A stretch of DNA of 56,880 bases from a virus (taxonomy: Duplodnaviria; Caudoviricetes): positions 1-56,880 of the IMG/VR virus record IMGVR_UViG_3300025676_000022, one strand, 5' to 3'. This document shows, piece by piece, positions 29,917 through 38,098 of this stretch (position 1 is the stretch's first letter; each line of letters starts with the position of its first letter). The notes beneath the pieces are model-generated. The model was given only the letters and a program-made list of their open reading frames with translations. It did no database searches and was not told where the DNA came from. A program made the position numbers and the translations under genes.

Positions 29917-30080
29917 GAACAATAGTAAAATGGAAAGTAGATAATGCTATTACGCATTTAGACGGACTATTAGATTTAATAGAAAAAGATGAATCGGGAA
30001 TAAAGCCTACGACTATGAAATGGTTGGCAGGTGAAATTAGAATGACAATAGAAATCCTAGGAGGAAAAGAAGATGAATAA
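29913..30080 (+). CDS. 55-aa hypothetical protein (not in ORF track)
   Basis: GGAGG SD, ATGA overlap, MRTIVKWKVDNAITHL... Confidence 0.6.
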   Translation: MRTIVKWKVDNAITHLDGLLDLIEKDESGIKPTTMKWLAGEIRMTIEILGGKEDE

Positions 30081-30345
30081 AATAAAACCATTAGATAATA
30101 GATTACTAGTACAAGCAGACGCAGTAAAAGAGAAGACGGATAGCGGTATCTTAGTTTCTTCTGAAACTCAAAAGAAACCAAATAAGGGAGTAGTCCTTGA
30201 AGTGGGACCGAAAGTTGAGACTCTTAAGTCTGGCGACTATATTACATATCCAGATTATGCAGGTACTATTATATATACCGACGGAGAAGAATACTTGATA
30301 ATGAGAGAAGCTGAAGTCTTAGCTATACTAGAGGATTCTAAATGA
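30073..30345 (+). CDS. groES: co-chaperonin GroES
   Basis: IKPLDNRLLV, TDSGILV mobile loop, GVVLEVGP, YAGT, YLIMREAEVLAIL. Confidence 0.95.
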   Translation: MNKIKPLDNRLLVQADAVKEKTDSGILVSSETQKKPNKGVVLEVGPKVETLKSGDYITYPDYAGTIIYTDGEEYLIMREAEVLAILEDSK

Positions 30346-30430
30346 GTGTCGTAATAGTAATTCTAGTATTTTTATTATTAGTCTACGCAAAATTCATCTT
30401 AGAAGAGATTGATAGAGAAGGAGACAAATA

Positions 30431-30604
30431 ATGATTGAACATGAAGAAGGAAGTATAGAAATCAAAGATAAAGACGATTGTGTTTGGATGTCAACTTGTT
30501 GTGGTGGTAACGCAATGACAGAAGTTGCAGAAGACGGCGACATAGGAATTGCTATATGTAGCGAATGTCGTGATTGGGCAGACTTTGAATTGGAGGAAGA
30601 ATGA
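30431..30604 (+). CDS. 57-aa zinc-ribbon protein (not in ORF track)
   Basis: AGGAG SD; STCCG...ICSEC. Confidence 0.6.
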   Translation: MIEHEEGSIEIKDKDDCVWMSTCCGGNAMTEVAEDGDIGIAICSECRDWADFELEEE

Positions 30605-30756
30605 CAAAACTGAATAAAGGTGCAGTGCCTAGACTCACGCAAGAGATATATTTTAAGTGTAGCTCGAACGGGTCTAAAAAAATAAACAGACAATTAACTT
30701 TAAAAAGCTTTGATAAAAAGCTTGGAGAGTTAATGCAATTAACGGAGATTAAATGA
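30601..30756 (+). CDS. 51-aa hypothetical protein (not in ORF track)
   Basis: ATGA overlaps on both sides; GGAGG SD. Confidence 0.55.
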   Translation: MTKLNKGAVPRLTQEIYFKCSSNGSKKINRQLTLKSFDKKLGELMQLTEIK

Positions 30757-31004
30757 AGAAAATAGACAACAGAACTACTGGCGACAAGCTTATAGATAGC
30801 CTTAAAGTAGAGGTAGAAGTAATGAGTTTTAGTCAACAACAGCTAACTTTATATATAGGACAAGTACAAGAATTAGTCAAAAAACTAGCTTATGACTTAG
30901 ATAGATATAAAGAGGGTTATAGTATTTTGTCGGAATATTTTGACTCTATACCCGACGATTCAAAACAAGATGTTGATAGTAAACTAATGGAACTTAATTT
31001 ATAA
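30753..31004 (+). CDS. coiled-coil hypothetical protein
   Basis: GGAG SD, coupled. Confidence 0.65.
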   Translation: MKKIDNRTTGDKLIDSLKVEVEVMSFSQQQLTLYIGQVQELVKKLAYDLDRYKEGYSILSEYFDSIPDDSKQDVDSKLMELNL

Positions 31005-31020
31005 AGTTATAAAGTTTATG

Positions 31021-31050
31021 TTGACTCAAATAAAATTTAATATGTATATT
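31021..31050 (+). promoter_or_regulatory. promoter TTGACT-N18-TATATT for the recombination operon
   Basis: Consensus match; ATG follows after a 5-nt gap. Confidence 0.7.
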
Positions 31051-31055
31051 GCTTT

Positions 31056-31235
31056 ATGAAAAATAGATATCAAACTTCTTTTGTTGTAGATAAAAAACTT
31101 TGGATAAAGTTTAAATCTAGAACCCTAAAAGAAGGTGTATCAATTAAAGATAAATTACATAGTCTAATGCTAGACTACGTCAATTCCAAGGAGACAAAAA
31201 GTGCCCGCCGTTGGTTTCAAATACCCAAATGGTAA
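31056..31235 (+). CDS. 59-aa ribbon-helix-helix regulator, probably leaderless (not in ORF track)
   Basis: YQTSFVVDKKLWIKFKSRTLKEGVSIKDKLHSLMLDYV fits the Arc/ParG RHH pattern. Confidence 0.7.
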   Translation: MKNRYQTSFVVDKKLWIKFKSRTLKEGVSIKDKLHSLMLDYVNSKETKSARRWFQIPKW

Positions 31236-32082
31236 CACAGTCTCTTTTGACGATGTAAGAGAAGGTAATGTAGATATCCTAGAAATGGGAATGTCGTTAC
31301 CGACTTTAATTGAAATGTCGAAAGAAAGAGACCCTAATAGAAAGCCATCAACTACTGAGCTTCTAACTGGAACTTGTGAATCCTATTTAAAAAGGACTAA
31401 GGACTACTTTGTAGACCCACAAGATAGAGCATTCTCCTTAGCAGGAACTATGCACCATTCTAGACTAGAAAAACACGAAGACGATAGACATCTACTAGAA
31501 CAGAAATTAGAAGAGTTTAATATAACTGGAATAGCAGACTTGTATGACAAGAAAACTAAGATGTTATTAGACTATAAAAATACCGGTTCTTATAAATGTG
31601 CTCAATTATTAGGGATGACATACAATCTAACACCAGACCCGTCTGGAGCTAAATACAAATCGAGTGGTAAATGGGGAAGAAAAGGTTCTCCTAAAATGGT
31701 TAAACAATGGTACCGCGACGAAGGTTTAGCAGAATACGGAGACTGGGGTTGGCAATTAAACTGGTATAGATATCTCTTGACAAAATCAGGATACGAAGTC
31801 GATAACATGTACATACAAGTTACACTTAGAGACGGAGGTCTAGCAGTGTCTAGAGATAGAGGATTAGATAAGCATATTTATTTAATCGAAGTACCAAAAT
31901 ATGACGATGAGGTATTAGAAAATAGGTTTTTAACAGCTAGAGATGAATTAACTAAAGCTCTAGAGACTGGAAACTTGCCTCAGAAATGTAGTAGTGAACA
32001 AACATGGAATGGAAGAAAATGTCAATCTTATTGTGACGTAAGAAATCTATGTCCATATAATAATGGGAGTGTAAATGGGTAA
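31201..32082 (+). CDS. Cas4-like PD-(D/E)XK exonuclease
   Basis: GTMHH, TGIADL, DYKNT, QLNWY, C-terminal C...CQSYCDV...CP. Confidence 0.85.
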   Translation: MPAVGFKYPNGNTVSFDDVREGNVDILEMGMSLPTLIEMSKERDPNRKPSTTELLTGTCESYLKRTKDYFVDPQDRAFSLAGTMHHSRLEKHEDDRHLLEQKLEEFNITGIADLYDKKTKMLLDYKNTGSYKCAQLLGMTYNLTPDPSGAKYKSSGKWGRKGSPKMVKQWYRDEGLAEYGDWGWQLNWYRYLLTKSGYEVDNMYIQVTLRDGGLAVSRDRGLDKHIYLIEVPKYDDEVLENRFLTARDELTKALETGNLPQKCSSEQTWNGRKCQSYCDVRNLCPYNNGSVNG

Positions 32083-32725
32083 AATGAGTGAGTTAGACTT
32101 AGTGAAACAAGATATTCAACAAATATCTGACGACATAGAGTCTAGTAGACCAGAAATCTATGAAGAAAGTTCTTTGATTTCAAAACACCAAAATGTCTCA
32201 GAAGCACCTACTCCTCAAGACGTAGTTAAAAGTAGAAATGGTTTTGATTACGTAGACGAAGGATATATGCGTTGGAGATTAAACCAACATTATCCTGTCT
32301 GGTCTTGGGAAGTAATAAAGTACGAGACACTTGGAGACAAGGCTATAGTAGTACATGGACGTCTAAAGATTATGGACGAAGGTATACCACGTAGTTTTGA
32401 CTCAGTAGCAGCACATAGAATAGCACAAGCTAGAAGTGGAGCTGGATACGTGGACTTAGGTAATGACCTAAAAGCCGCAAATTCAGATGCATTTAAAGTT
32501 GCAGTTAACAGACTATGTAATGTTGCAGATGACGTGTACAGGAAACAATACGTTGATAAGACTCTTAGTCAAAATCAGTATGACGCATTGCTACTAGTCA
32601 TGTCACAGCTAGATGTACAGGAAGCAGAAAAAGTCGAGATTGCTTTATCATCTGGTAAAATAAACACAGACAATTACGACAAAGTAATGTCTAAACTCAA
32701 AATAGAGGAGTCTAAAGATGAGTAA
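32075..32725 (+). CDS. Rad52/Sak-like single-strand annealing protein
   Basis: FDYV...RLN...WSWEV...V.GRL...LKAANSDAFK.A. Confidence 0.8.
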   Translation: MGKMSELDLVKQDIQQISDDIESSRPEIYEESSLISKHQNVSEAPTPQDVVKSRNGFDYVDEGYMRWRLNQHYPVWSWEVIKYETLGDKAIVVHGRLKIMDEGIPRSFDSVAAHRIAQARSGAGYVDLGNDLKAANSDAFKVAVNRLCNVADDVYRKQYVDKTLSQNQYDALLLVMSQLDVQEAEKVEIALSSGKINTDNYDKVMSKLKIEESKDE

Positions 32726-33278
32726 TGTATCAGATGTCTTAAATGACATAGATAACAATGTAGCTTATTATAATCCTTCTGACGATACTAGTGGCAAGAA
32801 ATATGCTACTATAGAAGAAGGAACATATGAAGCTACTGTCAGTAAACTAACTATCAAAAAAGATATTATTGTAAAGAACCAATATATCAGCGATATCTTT
32901 GAAGCTAGTTATAAGCTTGACGACAAAAGATACCCAGATTTAAAGGGTAGGGAAATTAAGTCTAAAGGATACTTTAGGTTTAAAACTCCAGATAAAGACA
33001 AACATCCTAAGCTAGAGGATAATCAAGGTAACAATAAAGGTTACATGATTTTCTCCGAGGCTTGTGGATTTGAGATGAAAAAAGACGACCAAGGAAGATA
33101 TCTTCTTCCTATGGTGATGGAATCTGATATCTCAGGTAACGCAGTTACTATCAAGGTTGTTCACGATAAATGGACCGACCAATCTGGAGAGACAAGAGTA
33201 ACACCAATTGCTATCAACGTATTCAAATCAAACAGGGTAGTTGAAAAGCCATTGACGGAAGACGAATTGCCATTCTAA
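32718..33278 (+). CDS. putative ssDNA-binding protein
   Basis: IEEGTYEATV start, acidic EDELPF tail, follows the annealase. Confidence 0.7.
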   Translation: MSNVSDVLNDIDNNVAYYNPSDDTSGKKYATIEEGTYEATVSKLTIKKDIIVKNQYISDIFEASYKLDDKRYPDLKGREIKSKGYFRFKTPDKDKHPKLEDNQGNNKGYMIFSEACGFEMKKDDQGRYLLPMVMESDISGNAVTIKVVHDKWTDQSGETRVTPIAINVFKSNRVVEKPLTEDELPF

Positions 33279-33511
33279 TGGACTATACTATAACATTAGA
33301 CGAAAAGCAATTAATGTCACTGATTGAGATGATTGAGCAGCATAGATGCGAAGGAGAAGAAGAATGCTTTTCCAGTGTTCGAACTTCTATAAAAGCTCAA
33401 TTCCAGTCTCAGTTTATCAAACATGAAGAAGAGGTAATTTTAGTAGCAGATGATATAATAGACTCTGCTAAGAAAACTCTTGGTCCTGGATTTTGTGACA
33501 ATTGTGATTAA
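33278..33511 (+). CDS. hypothetical protein
   Basis: TAATG coupling; ends CDNCD. Confidence 0.6.
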   Translation: MDYTITLDEKQLMSLIEMIEQHRCEGEEECFSSVRTSIKAQFQSQFIKHEEEVILVADDIIDSAKKTLGPGFCDNCD

Positions 33512-33765
33512 TGGATATTTCTAACTGGAATAGCATTATGAATTCGTTCCAAGAACTCTTGGGATATGACAAGGGAATAACAGAGGTCCTTGTCACTAAA
33601 CGTCTTAGTAAGCTAGGACGTAAGTCAATAGTAGATATAAGTGGGCGAGAGGAAAAGTATCTCGTCCACATACTACGTAAAAGATATAGGGAGATATTAA
33701 ATGACAAAAAAAGAAGTGATGATAAGAGAAAAAATACAGAAGACGGGAGTAACGTCAACCAATGA
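33511..33765 (+). CDS. hypothetical protein
   Basis: TAATG coupling. Confidence 0.55.
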   Translation: MDISNWNSIMNSFQELLGYDKGITEVLVTKRLSKLGRKSIVDISGREEKYLVHILRKRYREILNDKKRSDDKRKNTEDGSNVNQ

Positions 33766-33934
33766 ATGCTTTGTTAGATATAGAGCATTCCCTTCAGTTA
33801 CAAAAAAAGTAGTTAGCCAAATGATTAAAGAAGGATACAATATAAGTATTGTAGATGACCATATAGATTTGTCCTTTTTTTGGTTAGATTGCAATAAAAA
33901 TATGATTTTTTCTCAAAAAAGAGCATTAAACTAA
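33701..33934 (+). CDS. hypothetical protein
   Basis: GGGAG SD. Confidence 0.5.
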   Translation: MTKKEVMIREKIQKTGVTSTNECFVRYRAFPSVTKKVVSQMIKEGYNISIVDDHIDLSFFWLDCNKNMIFSQKRALN

Positions 33935-34041
33935 AATAACAAATGAGGTTACCCCTCTATGGACATTTGGCAGGTTAGACGACACTTATGTCGCAAATGT
34001 AATTATAATCGATTAGAGGGGCATTCTCGTAAGGAAAAAAA

Positions 34042-34443
34042 ATGAAAAGACCAATTTTATACGAAAAAAGATTCAAACAATCAATAATATTTGACGGATT
34101 ACAAGATGGGCTTGTTTCTCCTACAGATATTGACTTTTGCTTTGAAGTAGGTAATAAATTCTTATTAATAGGAGACTGTAAAAAAGATGACGCACCATTT
34201 CCTACTGGGCAAAGACTAGTTATAGAAAGGATTGTCGATAACTGGAGAGCTACAAAGAAAGTATCTCTAGGGGTTATAGCTACTCACAGCACAAGTACAG
34301 AGCAATCTATAATGTTGGCTAATACTGTAGTTACTAAGGTGTATTACAACGGAGAGTGGAAAGAGACATTTATGGTTTTTGACGAATTCGTTAAAAGGAC
34401 TGCAGAAAGATTTGATATAGAAAAATTAAAGCATTTGAAATAA
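34042..34443 (+). CDS. restriction-endonuclease-fold protein
   Basis: PTDID...LIGDCK...P.GQR. Confidence 0.55.
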   Translation: MKRPILYEKRFKQSIIFDGLQDGLVSPTDIDFCFEVGNKFLLIGDCKKDDAPFPTGQRLVIERIVDNWRATKKVSLGVIATHSTSTEQSIMLANTVVTKVYYNGEWKETFMVFDEFVKRTAERFDIEKLKHLK

Positions 34444-34444
34444 G

Positions 34445-34474
34445 TTGACTGAAATAAAAACAAATTTGTAAATT
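34445..34474 (+). promoter_or_regulatory. promoter TTGACT-N18-TAAATT
   Basis: Consensus match; ATG follows after a 5-nt gap with no SD. Confidence 0.65.
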
Positions 34475-34479
34475 ATAAT

Positions 34480-34818
34480 ATGGCATGTAAATCAAAAGCA
34501 AAAGGTAATCGATTCGAGAAGGAGTGCGTAGACATCGCACAATCCCATGGCTTCAATGCAAAGAGAGCTTGGGGTAGTGACGGAAGAAGTTTAGGTGAAT
34601 CTCCAGAAGTCGATTTAATTGTAGACTATCTACTAGATGAAGAAACCTCAAGAAAAATGAAGGTTCAATGTAAAGTAAGAAAATCTATAGCCAGTTACCT
34701 TTTACCACCAGACGATTGCGATATTACCCTTATCAAACAAGATAGAGGGGAAATATATGCAACTATTCGATACAAAGATTTGTTAGAATTAATTCAGCTT
34801 ACTTTTCAGTTAAGTTAA
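34480..34818 (+). CDS. Holliday junction resolvase (Hjc-like)
   Basis: SKAKGNRFEKE...VDL...VQCKVR. Confidence 0.8.
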   Translation: MACKSKAKGNRFEKECVDIAQSHGFNAKRAWGSDGRSLGESPEVDLIVDYLLDEETSRKMKVQCKVRKSIASYLLPPDDCDITLIKQDRGEIYATIRYKDLLELIQLTFQLS

Positions 34819-34840
34819 ATAAAAATACAGGGAGAATAAA

Positions 34841-35200
34841 ATGAGAAGTGTCTTTACTTATAAGCCACAAGAAGAGTGGCAACGCGAAAAAAGTGAGTTT
34901 ATGTCTTACTATCTATACTTAAAACAAGTAGACCCGGAGGGGTACGAAGATTGGTTCGATAAGGATATAGTAGACCTATATATAATGGGAAAGAAAAATC
35001 CTTATTTTTTTGCACAGAGAGCTAAACCTAGTAATGAGAATGTATCTATGGTCAGAGTTCCTACTAGATGTCCAATATGTCAAAAAGCTTGGGCAATAGA
35101 AATGCAAGACAGTAATAAATTTGAGCCAGGATATTTAGACCAGTCTGTATACAAGACAATACCTATGGTGAAAGGAGTGTGTCATAAATGCAAGGACTAG
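34841..35200 (+). CDS. hypothetical protein with zinc ribbon upstream of the helicase
   Basis: CPIC...CHKC; GGGAG SD. Confidence 0.65.
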   Translation: MRSVFTYKPQEEWQREKSEFMSYYLYLKQVDPEGYEDWFDKDIVDLYIMGKKNPYFFAQRAKPSNENVSMVRVPTRCPICQKAWAIEMQDSNKFEPGYLDQSVYKTIPMVKGVCHKCKD

Positions 35201-36501
35201 GAATATTCAACGAAGAATCAGAAAGAGCTGTACTAGGTTCAATATTAAAAGATGAAAAATGTTTAGATGTAGTAAAAGACTATATAATAGATAAAGACGC
35301 TTTTTATATAGAAAAACATCAAACGATATGGAATGCTATAATAGATTTAAAATCTGAAAACATACCTATAGACATGGTTAATATATCTAGCAAAGTAAAA
35401 GGTATTACTTATTACATTACTGGACTAGTAGAGTCTGTGCCTTCTACGGCAAATGTAGAGTCTTATGCAAAACAACTACATTCAGATTGGTTAAGAAGAA
35501 AACTTATAAGACAGTCTCAAGAGATTGCTAATAAAGCATCTGACGATACAAATGATATAAGTAGTCTTTTAGTTAACGTGCATGACACGGCAAGCTCTTT
35601 ACTTAATCTAGAGCCGGGACAAAAATTTGACTTAGACGCTTTGTTATCTATGACTAAAGATTCTTTGTTTAGCAAGAGAAGTTTAACCACCACAGGATTT
35701 GAGCCTATTGATAATATTATATCAGGTATGACAAAGGGAGAAATAACTATATTTGCAGGTAGACCTGGTAATGCCAAGACTACTACCGTTGCTAACATTG
35801 CTAGGAATTTAGTCTTAGCTGGAAAGAAAGTAGTTATGTTCAACAGAGAGATGCCTAATACCGAAATGATGAAGAAGTTTATTGCTATGGAATCAGAAGG
35901 AATAACTTATCACATGTTAAGACATAATGCAGTTACTAGTAAATCAGAGATTGAGAAAAGTTTAAATATTATTAAAGAAAGATATACCGACAAATTATTT
36001 ATGTTTGACAATATTAGTAATTTAGAAGGAACTTTTAGAGAGATACGACGTATAAAGCCGGATGTGGTTATTGATGACCATATAGGACTTATAGAATATC
36101 CTACTAATGACATGAGAGACTTAAGATTAAAAATCGGCGACACTTCAAGAAAGTATAAGTGGTTATGCAAGTCAGAAGAAATGTCTGTAATATTAGTCTC
36201 TCAACTTAATCGTAATATAGAATATAGAACAGAACGTATTCCTAAGCTTAGTGACCTTGCAGAGTCTGGTAATCTAGAACAAGATGCAGAGATTGTAGCA
36301 TTCACGCACTATCCTTGGACTGTTAATTTTGAGAATGCAAAGAATGGTAAATATGGATTAGATATTGTTGTGGCTAAAAATAGATATGGCTCTACTGGAA
36401 AGGCAACCGTTGGATTTTCTCCAGATACTTGTACTTTGTATGATACTGTGGAAGAAGCAGAGGCAAGTGTCGCCAAGGTTATGCCTGACGTTCCATTTTA
36501 A
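35188..36501 (+). CDS. dnaB: replicative DNA helicase
   Basis: ERAVLGSIL N-domain, AGRPGNAKTT, SQLNR, LAESGNLEQDA, KNRYG. Confidence 0.95.
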   Translation: MQGLGIFNEESERAVLGSILKDEKCLDVVKDYIIDKDAFYIEKHQTIWNAIIDLKSENIPIDMVNISSKVKGITYYITGLVESVPSTANVESYAKQLHSDWLRRKLIRQSQEIANKASDDTNDISSLLVNVHDTASSLLNLEPGQKFDLDALLSMTKDSLFSKRSLTTTGFEPIDNIISGMTKGEITIFAGRPGNAKTTTVANIARNLVLAGKKVVMFNREMPNTEMMKKFIAMESEGITYHMLRHNAVTSKSEIEKSLNIIKERYTDKLFMFDNISNLEGTFREIRRIKPDVVIDDHIGLIEYPTNDMRDLRLKIGDTSRKYKWLCKSEEMSVILVSQLNRNIEYRTERIPKLSDLAESGNLEQDAEIVAFTHYPWTVNFENAKNGKYGLDIVVAKNRYGSTGKATVGFSPDTCTLYDTVEEAEASVAKVMPDVPF

Positions 36502-37430
36502 CGTAATTCTTTTAAATAGGATATTAATTCTTTTATCCTATTTGGGTCGTTTAAAAATTCCTTTTGTTTGTATGATGTATTTTTTCCAGGAACAAACTCT
36601 AAGTTTTCTAAAAATTTTATAGGAATTCCCTCTCTAAATCTGTATATACCTTTATGTGTAATTTCTTCTGGATTTTTTGCAGCCATTTCAGCAAGTTCTT
36701 CAATGTCTAAAAGAGATGGATATTTATTTTGACCAACGGCACCCCTTATAACCTGACCAACATCACGCATAATTTTAGTTTCATTTCGTCTCAAATCATA
36801 GTCAGCCATATTAGCATTATATTCAAATGGAGAATCTACCATCTTACTCTTTACCTTGTCGTAGGCCTTAACAAGTTGTGCACTAGCAAGTTCATTTTTT
36901 TTCATTATATATTCATAAGGAACTTGAAATTGAGATACAGTTCCAGGCAATTCTTTGCTTCCTGTAAGAGAATATCCGGAAGCATACCTTTCTGCATAAT
37001 TGGGAAATAATGTAGAATAAAGAACTCCAGGATAATTATCTTTATCTTTATTAAATATTTTTTTACCCCCACCAACACGCTTGCCTTTTTCAACTAATTT
37101 TTGCATAGCAGTAGTTGTGGGTAAAACATTTTCATCGCCTCTGAAAAGAGAAACTGAGCCTTTTTTAATCTTCGGATTTAATAATCCTGCAGCCAAACCA
37201 ATACCTTTAATACCTTTACCTAAGCCTAAAGTAGCTGCATCAAAAGCAATATTTTGAACAGGGTTTTTAACATAATCAGATAAAATATCAACTCCTAAAC
37301 CTAGTCCTTTTGATATTCCACCTATTAAAGCTTCAGGTCCAGTCTTAAACAAAAAATTATCAGCACCTTTTAAAACGTCCGACAATGTTTTTTGTTTATT
37401 TTTTGTTTCTATATTTTCTTTATTAATCAA
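36498..37430 (-). CDS. putative ejected protein with ADP-ribosyltransferase-like C-domain
   Basis: Gly/Ala/Leu linker, then LFRG, VLYST...AERYA...VSQFQVP and late F.EGIP; last gene of the ejection cluster. Confidence 0.4.
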   Translation of the reverse strand: MINKENIETKNKQKTLSDVLKGADNFLFKTGPEALIGGISKGLGLGVDILSDYVKNPVQNIAFDAATLGLGKGIKGIGLAAGLLNPKIKKGSVSLFRGDENVLPTTTAMQKLVEKGKRVGGGKKIFNKDKDNYPGVLYSTLFPNYAERYASGYSLTGSKELPGTVSQFQVPYEYIMKKNELASAQLVKAYDKVKSKMVDSPFEYNANMADYDLRRNETKIMRDVGQVIRGAVGQNKYPSLLDIEELAEMAAKNPEEITHKGIYRFREGIPIKFLENLEFVPGKNTSYKQKEFLNDPNRIKELISYLKELR

Positions 37431-38094
37431 AAGGACCCTTGCTAAGAGTTTTAGATATTGATTCTAAAATCTTCATTATGTCGCTTTGAGCTCTATAGGT
37501 TGGCATTCCAGGACCAGCTAAACCTTGTTTCTTTGTTATAGCTGGAAGAAAATCTCTTCCTCTTTTAGATATGTCGTATATCGTACCTGTCAAACTTCTG
37601 TCTTGGTTGTATAGCAGTTTAGCTATTTGAGACTCATTCGATTTAATTGAATTTTCAAGCAATTGTTTTTTAGATAATCCTTTAGCAGTACTCTTTCCAA
37701 CAGAAACTCTTTTAACTAAACCTAAAGCTTCTCTTTCAAAAGCTGGCATATTTAAAGATTTCTGACTTCCTTTTAAAACGTCCTGCATGGTTACTGCGTT
37801 CGGATTCTTTCCTGTTATATAAGATGTATCAATAGGTTTTCTAGCGACTAAGTCGTCAGCTTGCTTAGCTCCTCTACCCATCAATTCGTCAAAGATTCTC
37901 ATAAGGGTCTTACCACTTCTTTTTGCTGCAGTTCCAGCAAGCTTAAGCTTCTTTCCTGGGTCTACTAAACCCATAAGTATTTGTTCTAGTTGTTCCATTT
38001 CCTCTGGAGATACTCTTCCAGAAGAATCAAATTCTGCACTCTTTTCTCCGAAATAGTCCATTAATGTTTTATTGTTCATGTCTTCACTTTTCAT
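37423..38094 (-). CDS. hypothetical protein, ejection cluster
   Basis: In operon after the 1572-aa gene. Confidence 0.6.
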   Translation of the reverse strand: MKSEDMNNKTLMDYFGEKSAEFDSSGRVSPEEMEQLEQILMGLVDPGKKLKLAGTAAKRSGKTLMRIFDELMGRGAKQADDLVARKPIDTSYITGKNPNAVTMQDVLKGSQKSLNMPAFEREALGLVKRVSVGKSTAKGLSKKQLLENSIKSNESQIAKLLYNQDRSLTGTIYDISKRGRDFLPAITKKQGLAGPGMPTYRAQSDIMKILESISKTLSKGPFD

Positions 38095-38098
38095 AGTC

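Noticed and set aside
35750-35790. Inactive DnaB because Walker A reads GRPGNAKT
   Set aside because: The Lys-Thr and all other helicase motifs are intact, so a tolerated variant is more likely.
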